Part shown: piece by piece, positions 37,234 through 48,927 of the stretch
Position numbering within the stretch: the stretch's first letter is position 1
Layout of the letters: every line of letters starts with the position of its first letter
From: Antechinus flavipes
Lineage: Eukaryota
DNA: 64,000 nt
Direction: 5' to 3'
NCBI RefSeq assembly: GCF_016432865.1
Contig: NC_067399.1
Location: 507,532,001 to 507,596,000 of the forward strand
Made by a program: the position numbers and the translations under genes
Notes under the pieces: generated by a model
What the model was told of the DNA's origin: nothing
Databases searched by the model: none
Seen by the model: the letters and a program-made list of their open reading frames with translations, nothing else

Positions 37234-39059
37234 GTAAGCATGTCCTCCATCCTCATTCTTAAAACAACCTGAGAAGGTTCATGCCCCATGTGGTCTCTCC
37301 AGGTAACCTTCCTCATTGGAAGATGATGTCATCAGAGGGGCTGATGGTTCTTTTTGAGAGCTCTTCATTGTTATAAACATGCAAACCTGTTGAAACATTA
37401 TACCTAACCCCCTCATTAGAACGAATGAGAATGCATTTTGATAAGACAATACATGAGGAATCTCTTAAGTAAATAATTTATTCAGAACAGGGAAAAGTAT
37501 ACACAATGTCATGTAAGAAATATGAATATATCAGAAATACCGCCAGAAGGAGAACATATAGAGGAGTTCCTGAGAATCAGAATAGTCAATCAACAGAATT
37601 TATTTAGAATCTCTTTCTGGCTTCCTTCAACTTATCTGATCTACCTATTTATGTTGCCTGGAACGTTTTCTGTGTCTCAGAACCTAAACTACTATCTAGC
37701 CTCTATTCTCATTTTGGCTCCTCTTATTTCTATCCCCATGGGCATATGATTTTCCATTCCTAGAAGGGACTCCTCAGGTTTCTCATCTCTTCATATCCAT
37801 CTGGTGAAGTCCCTCTATTCTTTCAAGGCTCAAATCAGGTGCTGTCACTTCCAGGAAGCTGAACTTGTCCTCCATGGATGAACATGATTTATCTCTCCTG
37901 GAATTTCTCATAGCACTTGGGCAGGACCTTTCCTTTGCTCTTCAACATCTTCCTCTTGAATCGTAGTTATCTCTGTCCTTGACTTTCTTTACATTAGATA
38001 GTATTGAGGGCAGATATTATGTGGTATCTATCTTTGAATCCACAGCATGTAACCCAGTGTTTCTTCATGTAGTGGGTATTTTTCTGAGTCTTCATTGAGT
38101 TGAATTGATTACTGAAACTACTATTTGATAAGTGACACTCTAAACGCTATTGGGGATGATCAAAGACATATAACACATTGTTCCTTTTCTCCATGAGTTC
38201 ATAATGAAGTTGTTAAAATTGGACTTTAAAGCATAATTCTAGAACCTGCTTTTAAGTATCAGTGGGCCAGCTGTTTGTGACTGTAGAGAGGACAGAGTAG
38301 TTGGGCAAAAGGGTCTGGGATGAAGTCTACAGACCTCCTAAAATCTTCAGCATTCCTTGGCACTCGTTGTCAGGCCCCGTGTAGAGTAAGGAGCTAGGGG
38401 AATGCTGCCAAGTAACTCAGGACACTGGGCGTGCCTTCTTGGAGCTTTAACAGTGGAAGCTCCAGCCACGGGTTAAATCTGCTTGGGGCTAGGGAGCTGG
38501 AGAGTTGAAATGGGGCCAGAATTCCAGAATCCATTCATCCTGCCACGTTTCACTTAAGCTAAGATTCAACAGAGGATGATGGATGACTTCCACTGCAAAG
38601 GAGACCAGCCACAGTTTGGGACTAGATTTGAATTGTAGTATGGTAGAGACAATGTCAGAAGGTATATCAAAGTATATTTGTATATTCAAAATTTTTCCAA
38701 ACTTTGGGTAGGATGGGAAACTTTCTGCTGCCATATACCAACATAGAAAAAATTCTAAATTTGAAGCCAAAGATCTGGTTTTGAATATTATCTCTGCCTC
38801 TTAATATCTATATGATCTTGGATAAGTCACCTGCTTGAAATTCACTTTCCTCTAAATTGAACTAGGTAATCTTCAAAGTCCCTTCTAGCTCCAAATTTAG
38901 GACCAACTGATTTCTTCTGTTGCTTTACAAATTCTTTACAAATCAATTTATGCCCCTTCTTTGCCTGGGTTTGTTACTGGCTTCTATGACCATCCCTAAC
39001 ACAAAGTGAGCTACACTCTTCCTAGTCTCTGTGTAGAACTTAGCTTGTGTAACAATGGG

Positions 39060-39210
39060 AGCAAGGGAGTGAAAAAAAGAAGGAAGCAAAGAAAGGTAAG
39101 AAAGGAAGGAAATAAGAAAGAAGAGAAGAAAGCAGGAAGGAAGAGAAGAAGGGAAGGAAAGGAGAAAAAAGAGGAAAAGGAAGGAAAGAATGAAAGAAGA
39201 AAGGAAATAA
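39060..39210. repeat. Polypurine (GAAG/AAGG) low-complexity tract
   Basis: Seen directly; the source of the spurious K/R/E-rich ORF 39006..39245. Confidence 0.9.
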
Positions 39211-39643
39211 GCATTTATGATATTATGTACCAGGCACTGTGCTAAGCACTTTTTCTGATTTCTCTCATTTGATCCTCACAACAACCTTATGAGGTAGATG
39301 CTTTTATTCCCGATATTACAGCTGAGGAAACAGGAAGATTAGTGTTAAGAGACTTGTCTAGGTCACACGGTTACTCAGTGTCTGAGGCCTAATTTGAATT
39401 AAGAACTTTTGGACTCCAGGCTCACTACCCTAGTGCCTCCAGAGACGGGACCTGGGAGACTTAATGAGAAGTCCTAATCTTACTAGTAATTTACCAGAAA
39501 TAAGAATTTCAATCTTGGTATAAAACCACAGTATAAGGCACAAAAACGTTTTCTTAACCTTTGGGTTTTTCCATTCTCCGTTTACCTTCAGGTTTCTTGC
39601 AATAGTTAGTCTATTTTCTTTCTATTTGAAGTCCTTAACATAA

Positions 39644-39854
39644 AGATTCTTAACATTGTTGTGGATCCTAGATATCTTTGGCAGTTGGTCAAACCTATAG
39701 ATCACTTCCCAGATTAATGTTTTTCAACACATAAAATAAAATACTGGGTATTTTCAAATAAACTAGTTATAGTTTTAAGCTAAATTTAAAGTTGTAGTAA
39801 GAACTTTGGAATGCTCTGTATTAAATTTCACAGATCGCAGGTTAAGAAATTCTG
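39644..39854 (+). mobile_element. hAT-Charlie-like element, internally deleted copy
   Basis: Ends agattcttaac… and …gttaagaaattctg; body homologous to 14655-14790. Confidence 0.6.
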
Positions 39855-42539
39855 CCTCAAATTAGTTTTAGCAACCAATGGCCTAATATTATGCTTGATG
39901 CTCACCAAAAAACTATAGCCCTTATTTGATGGAAGCAAACTCCATGAAATAGCCATGAAATAAAAAGAGCCTTCTGGTGCTATATGTTCCTGACAGGCAT
40001 ATTTCCCTGAGGGCTGGGCCTTTTCATGATCCCCCAGACTATGGACTGCTAGACAAACCCATCCTTGGTTTCTATTAGGGTATCCCCTTTCCCCCGCTCT
40101 AGTGACAACTTTGCAGATTCATGGAAAGTAGCCAGGTCTATTTGGAGCAGGGGTATACAAAGAAGCTAAAGGAAAATAGTAAAAGGCAAATTGCCCTATG
40201 CTGTCCAATTTGAAAAATTACAAAGCAAACTCAAGGGATGGGCCTGGGGTAGGGGTTGGGGAACTGTAATCAGCTCTAGCAGAATCATCCCAAAAGAATT
40301 TGGCTGATGGAGTTAGTTTCAAATATTGGCATCTACTGCCAGAAAGGAAACAAGACCAAATGTTGCTTCTCCCTCTTCTGGATTGTGCTTGTTGCTCATT
40401 AGAAAGCTTAGGTTTTCTGCAATCTCTTCCCAGTCTGCAACATGATAGATTAGCTTTGAGAGAATTTGCCCTTGACTTTTGGTTGATTCCTTGGTGCCCT
40501 CATGAATGGTCATGAGTGGTCAAACTGGATTGGGATATATAATGTAATTAGTAAGGTGTTGGGGATCATCTCTGAACCTGAGTCATGGGACTAGGTTCAA
40601 CCAAGGATTATTGATTTAATGACATTATATGGGCAAGTCTACATTAGTCTGATTTCTTAGGAAAAGCACCCAGATTAATTTCATTTGAATTATCCATAAA
40701 AATCTCCAGCACTCTGTTTTGAGAAATTCAGTAAAGCTTCTGGGGATAGGAAATATAGTGGAGACGCTATGAACTCTGGTAGGTTTTACTCCTTTGGGAG
40801 TAAAACTAGAAAAAGTGTCAGACAAGAGTAGATTGGAAGATAGAGCTACAAAAGTAGAAGCAAAAAAAATATGCCCAGAAATGCATTTTTTTAATGCATT
40901 ATTTTTTTTAATGGCCATCTGGATTCACTTAAGGCAGGGCTTCCCCTCCCCTCTAGCCCCCAGCCTCAGCAATGACTTCTTGAAATGTGGCTCCTCCTTC
41001 CCCACCCCCACTCTATTTGCATTGTCCATTGCCTCCCCCCCTTGGTCAGTCCCATTGGAGGAGATAATGTAAACAGTTGGAATTTATCGACCTGAAGTTT
41101 CTCCAGATGTCCCTGAAGTCTCTGCTCCATATAAACAGATGGTTGAATCCTGAGAGATGCCAAGAATGCTTGTATCATGAATTAGCTGATTAGGGCTTCC
41201 CCTTCTTCTTCTTCCTTCTCCCTACCCCCTCTCATCTTTACCTAATCTTCCTAACTATTCCCTTCACTTCCCCCACAAACACAAATACAAACCTCTAACC
41301 TTAGATTTTCCTCTCAAGGGCTTACTCTATTTTGAATTACATGGCTATTTATTGGATGTCAAAGCCAGAGAAAGCCTTCCATTTGTACAGAATTTTTTTT
41401 AATGTTTCCCATATAGATGTGATACCTGACAGGGCTTTCTGGAAGGTTTGGAGGCTCCTTATAAGGACGCACTGCTTTGCTGAGCAGAGTCAAATTCATG
41501 AGTAGCAGACTAAAGTCTAGGGGCATTGTGCTTCCCAAGAAAAGTCCTCCAGAAATGGGATGTTTCCTAATTATTTTGTATTTTCAAAAACATAAGGATT
41601 TCGATCTCTGTCTCCCTATAATAGCAAACATTTCCACACTGTCACCTCCAGAATTTTATTTTTATATGTAGGAAAAGCTACCAGATCCTCTTGAAATCTT
41701 ACTCTCTGCTATTATTTCACTGAGGTTTTTACAGTTTTTTAGACATTGTTTCCTAGCAAACAGAGTGAAGCTGACTTTTCTGATCTCTTTTAAATGTTTA
41801 TTTAACTACTACATTAAGAGCAGTTAGCCCATCTCAATGGTTGTATTTATTGAGCTTGGCTATGTAGGATCATGTATTTTCAAAATACCATTTGTTATGT
41901 TAAGAACCTAAATGAAGAAAGCCTCCTTAGGGAAATAAAAAAAGCATCAAGTCAGGAAAAGAAATGTCATTGTAAGACATTAGGTCAATATTGGTCTCTA
42001 GCCTAATAATTAATTAATAGACCTCTCTCCTATGTGAAGAAACTTAGTAAGTATTTCTAATTTCTTTCCACACAAGAACTTCAAAAAAAAAAGGTCCCAA
42101 ATCAAAGTTCTTATAAGATTCCAACAAATTAAAACTCTTTGTTTTTTTCATCATGTCAATTGCTGTACCAAGAAAGTGGCATTTTTCCTGGACTATTTCA
42201 GTAGCTAGTGGTTAGTTATCCTTGTAATCTCTACTCGGTCTCTGAGTCTTTTCATCTGCCTTTGTCCTAAATAGTAGATTGCTTCTTGTTGGAAAGAAGG
42301 AAGCTGGGATTTATGAAAGTGCCTGGATGAATTTATACTATGTACATAATACTTACAAATATTCCTCTGTGTGTACATCTGTGTAAACAAAGTCCATATT
42401 CCATTGCACTGTTGCTGCTAGAAAGAAATCTGGGAAGCCTGATTGAGGTGGCTAACTAGGCTTCTAGAAAGCCTCCTAAACAGGGATCATTACCTCAGTT
42501 GCTCAGATATGATTTTTATCCCTTCCAAAGATATTTGGA

Positions 42540-42935
42540 ATCCTTTATTTTTTATTTATTTAAACAATCTTAATAATGCTCAATAAGTATTAAAAAGTCA
42601 ACAAATTACATATGGAGTCACATTCTTCAAAGAAATTTAAGCTATTTGCATTTTGATCTTAAAAAGGAAGAAAGGAAAAGTAATAAGAATCAGTGTTTTA
42701 TGTTAGTTTATTTATTTTTTGGCCATATACTTCTAAATGTGGCCATTTTTCTTGTCTGTTTTTTTCTTTAACATAGTGTTCATGATGTTCTATTTGATTT
42801 CTTTGCTTGATAGCATTTTATATATCTTTCTATATTCCTTTATATTGTTCATCCTTGTCATCTTATGGCATTATAATATTCCATTATCTTGATATATCCT
42901 AATTTATTCATCTATTCCTTAGTTGTCAGGGCCTC
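42540..42935 (-). mobile_element. Old L1 3' fragment
   Basis: …ttatggcattataatattccattatcttgatatatcctaatttattcatctattcc is the antisense of MEYY…WLNKL-type sequence. Confidence 0.6.
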
Positions 42936-44116
42936 AAACTATCTATCTATAAATCTATGAATCCTAAACTCCTTAGGAGAAAATTAGATGATTAATGAAA
43001 GGGACGCCTTGATTAAACCACTTTCTTTGAGACTCAGTTTTTCTATTTGTCAAATGAGGGAATTAGCCAATTTCTGAGATCTCTTCCAGGCCTCACATTC
43101 AGTGTTCTAAGGTTCCTTCTAGCACTGACATTCTACAGGCTAACAAGCTGGGATTTAAAGTTCCTTCTAGAGCTGCCATTCTGTGTTACAACATGTGATG
43201 TTCTTGGGTCTTTTCTAGCTTTGAAATTCTTTGTGCTAATGGTCTGTTCTCTAAGACCCCTTCCTGCTCTGACAAATCGCGCCCCATAAACAAGAATCTA
43301 ACTTATTTCTCCTCTCCATCCTCTAGACAGGGAGACAGTCACTCACAGTGACTGACACCAACTTTATACTCCTTTTTTCCCTTTCTTCTTTGTATTTTTG
43401 GCCCTGAGCCACCAAGAAATGGCCTTCCCATCAACTCTGACCTCCGAAGAGCCCCTTGTCCTAGGGTAAAGTGTAACCTGATCCCTCAGGCTTCCTTCTC
43501 TCCAGGCCTGTGCTCGAGTTCATGGACTGATTTTCATCCTGAAGGGGAAACAACTGGACTATGAAGAGAGCCTGGGGAGGGTGGGAACCAAGGGCTTGGA
43601 ATGAGACTTGGGGATCTTGTATAAAGACAGATGTGGATTCCTCTGACTCTATGGAAAGACCTCATTTCTCTCTTTGTATTTTTGTTTCTCCTTTCCCCCC
43701 CACTCTGAAAGGAAGCTTGCTAGTGGAATGATTAGTATTCTGCAGATTCATGTTATATAAATGGATTAATATGTGCATAAAAACCATAGAGTAACATTAT
43801 ATTATCCCCCACCTACCGCAGCCCCTTAATTACAGAGACACATGTGGCTAATCATTGCATAGAACTCAGAAGGGGAGACAATGGAAACCACTAGAGACGG
43901 CTAAGCGTGCGGTTGGATTGGGGAGACAGAAAGCCAGAAAGCCCTGTCCTTCAGCCTCCGGGAGCACCCTGAGCCACTGGCATCCATTCCCATTTGCCTC
44001 AGAACATTCAGACTCTCCCCCTGGATATTCCCTGTTGGAGATGGAAGTGGGGTGTGGATGGGAAGGGTGATGTATATGTCTTGTGTCTTCTTAATTCTTA
44101 TCCATTTCTTTTTTAG

Positions 44117-44158
44117 GGAATGCTTATCGAAGGCCCCCCTGGTCCAGAAGGCCCTGCT
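44117..44158 (+). CDS. COL5A1: COL5A1 exon 10 (42 nt): GMLIEGPPGPEGPA
   Basis: ttttag|GGA acceptor and GCT|gtaagt donor; identical to the human peptide. Confidence 0.97.
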
Positions 44159-44372
44159 GTAAGTAGAAAACTATATCTGTTCTGCTGCTTGTAGAGTGGG
44201 ATGGATCAAAGGAAAGAAATAATGAACTTCACTAACCTTGGATTTCTATTTCTTGAGGAAGACGAGAAAAGGAAAACTTCATAAGGATGATTCCCTATGT
44301 TGTACTATTCTGGCCTTACTGGGGGAAAAAATAAATCTTTAAATTTCTTCCCTCATTGTTGCCTGCTATTGA

Positions 44373-44525
<153 letters not shown>

Positions 44526-45257
44526 TAACTTTGGTTTTTTTTGAGCTCATTCATTCATTTAATAAACATTTTTAAGGACATTGTTCTGAACTCTGGGAAA
44601 TATACAAAGATAAATAAGATGTTTTTCCTAATCTTAATGAAGCTCCTAGTCTAGCTGGGGAAATGGGCCATCTCATGAAATGAAGATCACTTGCAGCTGG
44701 AGGAATCAGGAAGGCTTCTTGGAAGAGGAGGTTCATCCAAGTAATTCCCCAACCTTGAATCTAGGATTGCTTCTCTCAAGTTTTGGGAATGGGTTGGTTT
44801 TGTTGGGAAATACTATACACAGCCCTATTTTACTGAGTTTGAATTAGCGCTAACTGGTGCAACTAGAATTGTTGCATGACACCGCCCTAGTTAATACCTA
44901 CAGGATCAGTGTTGGGTTGGAAATCACACATCGACTGTCCTACTTTCTTGCATTTAATTCCCCCTTCTTCCTTTGGGGAATTTATCATTGGCCCCAATAA
45001 CTCACTTCATCTCTCTCTGGTTATTAAAAACACTCATTTCCTGAGCCCCAGGACAAATCAGTACTTTTTTTTTTCATGTAAATACTTTGAGAATAAGAGA
45101 TGAATTTCTAAACCGACTTTTTCCTACAGTAGGGGAAAAAGGAAACTAGGTTATCTTGTTATGACATTCCCTAGCTCTCCCTCCTACCACACCATCTCCA
45201 TGGTTCATTTTTCCATAGCATGTTCCTGTAGGCACTAGCAGTAGCCACAATTGCGGT

Positions 45258-45288
45258 GTGACATCTAGTGGGGCTAGGAAATACTGCA
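45258..45288 (-). promoter_or_regulatory. Predicted CTCF binding site with upstream module
   Basis: Minus strand TGCAGTATTTCCTAGCCCCACTAGATGTCAC: core CCACTAGATGTCAC (consensus CCASYAGRKGGCRS, one mismatch) with TGCAG starting 17 nt before the core CCAC. Confidence 0.6.
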
Positions 45289-47704
45289 TTATGGTGATTT
45301 TATTCTCCTCCTGCTTCTCATGGAATGAGTGTGATCAGATTAACAAATCACAGGGAGTCTCGTGTACTTTTGATGCTTAAAGGCCTAGACTTTGAGGACC
45401 AGCCTGTCTCTATTAGAAGGAATCTGCCCCCAAGGTAAGGCTTTGGGTGGTATTAAATCATTTTTGTTTGAGATCACACTGAAGACCTTTGCATTTATTA
45501 GAAGCTGTGAATTAGGTTTTGAGGGTTTTTTTTTTTTTTAAATCAGGCTACAAGAATGTTAAATATTCCTTTATGTGAGATTATGTGGTAGACATTGTGG
45601 AGCAGAAAAAAAGATGATGACAATACAAAGCCTGCTCTCGGGGATCTATAGTCTAGATGAGAAGCACATATTCAGGAATAGAAAAATATATATATAATTG
45701 GTATAAATATTTGGATGTTGTCGAACATTCAAGAGGGGCAAGGCATAATATGTAGTTCTTACCTTCAACAAGACTACAAGGAAACCATAGCTAATGAAGA
45801 GCCAAATTATTTTGTCTAGACAATAAATGCTGCAGGAATTTAGAAGAAGGAGGAATTAATGTGGATGCCAGATTTGTTAGGGAAAGTTTTATGGAAAAGT
45901 TAAGTATGGGTTATATTCTTGTTAGGTTGTTTGGATAGATGAGAAGAAGGGAAGGAGCTTTTTTTTTTTCAGGAAAATTGTTATATGGCTCCCTAAGCTC
46001 TGAGAGCAAGACAGATCCATGTGGAACAAGCAGTGGAAAGCAAGCTGACACTAGAGTAGATAGAACTGGGTTCCTCTCCCAGTCTTAGTATTTACTGTCT
46101 GACTTTGAATAAGTCGCCTAACATCATGTTTTACTTTCCTTACCTAGAAAATAAGGAAATTGAACAAGATGGTCTCTGAGATTCTCTTCCAGCTCCAAAG
46201 CTATGAGCCATGAAATCTTACATTTCTCTTCATTTTTCTTCTCTGAGTACCAGTTTCCAATCTGGAAGTGCTGAAGTCTGGGTAATAACGTGGTCTTGGA
46301 CATTTGGTGTGAAAGCATGGTCCTGCGTGGCACATAGTGCCACGTCAGAGGCCGTGGAAGGCGAGTCTATCCAGGCATGAAAGACCATCTTTATCAAACA
46401 GTCTCTCCAAATCTGCCCACATGTCTCTTGGCTTTGTACTCTGTTATTCCCAGCATTCAGGCAAACAAACAAACATCCACACCAAAGGAACCACAGAATC
46501 TGGGTGTAGTTTCTGTCGAGCATTACAGACCTGTTAGGATTCCCTTATGTTCCTGGAAAACCAAACTTATATGACAGAACACATTTCATTTTAGTAAAGG
46601 AAGATAAGTTGGGGCCTATGTCTTTGAACTAATTTTGTGCCCCACAAGAGATGCTAAGGAATTGATAGAGACCCTTTCTTACTGAGCATAGGGAGCCAAC
46701 TTTTCCTTCGCTGTTGGAATGATAGAAATATTCCCTTATTCTGATCATTAAGGTCTTGAGAATGTTTATCATTTGATTATAAATCTAGAGTTGAAAGGGA
46801 CTTCAAAGGCCATTCAATCCAACTCAGGTGACTTACCCCCAAATCATACAAATATTAAACATCAGAGATAGGATTCGGACTGAAATTATCTAACCTCAGA
46901 ACCCGTGCCTTTCTGGTGTGTTATGCTTCTTGTAAAGGTATGTTTGCAATAGAATTGCATCTGTTGTTGATTGGAATGTTTAATTCTGCCAGCAATAACC
47001 TGGTTTCTGCTTTTGGGGGTGGAGTCTGACAATATGCAGGGAAGTGAGGTGGGAAATAGGAACACAACACAAGACCTACCCTAGATGTCTTGCTGAGACT
47101 TTTTGTGAAGCTGTAAATATGCATACCTGTATCCAGGTATGTTGTTGGAATATTCTTGATTGAGGTCATTCATTTAGCAAAAAAAGCATCCTAGCCTTAT
47201 GGTAGTCTACTCAGTCCAGGAATTAATGAAAACATAGGTCAGGGAATATATTGCTGGGTGTATTCCATCCTTCTTAGATAAGCAAGTCTATATTAGTTTG
47301 AATAGTGAAGTTGGTAAACAATTCAAGCCTCTTCTCCTTAGTGAATTATTGCTCATCCATCACTAAGTTTTAGAGTTTGGACACATCATAGGAAGCTTTA
47401 GAAGTAGAAGAGCTCTGAAAGATGGTCAAGACTGATTTCTTCATTTTATGCATGAGTTAAAACTCACACATACACCACTTACTGATGGCTTTTGTGGAAG
47501 AATTTTATTTTTGTATGTTTATGGCCCATCTCCCAGAATAAATTATGTTGGCCCTTGAGGGCAAAAGCTGTGCCTTATACTGCTCTGCCACCCTCAGGAT
47601 TTTGCATTTAGAAGGGATTTTTGTGGATGTTGGTTGGTTGATGAGTTAAGTATGATGATACTTAAAGACCTGGGAGAATATATGCTCTAGATTTGAGAAT
47701 TTCA

Positions 47705-48540
47705 CAATTCAACAAACACATTTTTTTTTAGCATGCAAATGCTCTGTCATCTTGTTAGGCTCCCTTATGCCTATGTACCATTCATTGACCAAACATTTCT
47801 TAAGTGTCTATTGTATGCAGAGAATTGTAAAGTATAAGTTCTAGGAGATATAGAGAGTTTATAGAGGACATGATCCCCCACCCTCATGGAATTTATATTA
47901 TAGTTTGGTAGAAGGAAAAAAAATACATATATATGAGCATAGCTAGTAATATCTGATAAATGCTTTAGGGAAGTATAAAACAAAATGTTATTGGAGGACT
48001 AAAGAGAAGATTAATATTGACACCAGTGTTGTCAGGGAAAGGTTGAGATGGCATATAAATTGAGCTTTAAAGAATGACTAGGAATTCAGCAGGTGAAGAG
48101 AGATAGGAAGGACTTATCAAGCACAGGGTACTCAGATGCATGAAAACAGAAGAGCACAGGAATGTGCATACAACAAAGAGGTAGTAAGAGCATTCCTGGA
48201 CCTATAGGGTGTATAAAGGGGAGTTACATAAAAAAAGACTAGAAATGTATGTGTGAGGGGGTCCAATAGTGAATAGACTTGAATGCCTGGCAAAAGAGTT
48301 TGAACTTTGCCTACTAAGTAGTGGGGAACCACTGAAGATTTTTTGAGCAGAGAAGTGCCATGACCATATCTCTGAATTTGAAAAACAAAAATTAAAGGGT
48401 TTTTTTTTGGCAAAATGGAGTGAAGGATGGATTGTAGAATGGACAAAGCGGAGACATGAAAACCCGTCATTAAACAATTTCAATAGTCCTCATGGGTAGT
48501 CTCTGGACTTGTTTCAGAATAGTAGCAGTAGGAATAAAGA
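47705..48540 (-). mobile_element. L2 LINE 3' fragment
   Basis: attcaacaaacacatt tail, followed by antisense L2 body (gagcagagaagtgccatgacc…ggattgtagaatgga). Confidence 0.65.
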
Positions 48541-48704
48541 CTTGGGGATTGGTCCAAGAGAGATTGAACTCATCATTTATGTATCTTCAGGGTAAGAATA
48601 TAATAGTAGGACCCTGAAATGAACCTCCCACCCTAGAGATGGGAAATAGTACCCTAAAATTAAAATCCTGAGCCTTTCAATGGTTTCCAGTTTTTCCAGT
48701 TGTG

Positions 48705-48927
48705 TTCTTTTCTTTATGACTCTATTTGAGGTTTTCTTGGCAAAATATTAGAATGGTTTACTTTTTCCTTTTCCAGTTTATTTTACAGATGAAGAAACTG
48801 AGGCACAGAGGATTAAGTTGATTGCCTGGGTCACATAGCTACTGAGTGAGGCCTGATTTCAACTCAGGAAGATGAATTTTCCTGATTCCAGCCTCTGTAC
48901 CCTATCGGTTGTGCCAGCTAGTGCCCC
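48705..48927 (-). mobile_element. MAR1-type marsupial SINE (another copy at about 53668-53870)
   Basis: gaggttttcttggcaaaatattagaatgg (RTE-derived tail), ttttacagatgaagaaactgaggcacagag core, tgccagctagtgcccc head. Confidence 0.75.

Noticed and set aside
40794-41072. ORF MGVKLEKVSDKSRLEDRATKVEAKK…
   Set aside because: No homology recognised, non-ATG start, and no convincing splice context.
41457-41466. Perfect CArG box CCTTATAAGG (others at about 10463 and 15017)
   Set aside because: Several CC(W)6GG matches are expected by chance in 64 kb of AT-rich DNA.
43336-43354. 8-bp inverted repeat CAGTCACT-cac-AGTGACTG (similar ones at about 23348, 54682 and 56161)
   Set aside because: Stems this short are expected by chance and are too short for a pre-miRNA.
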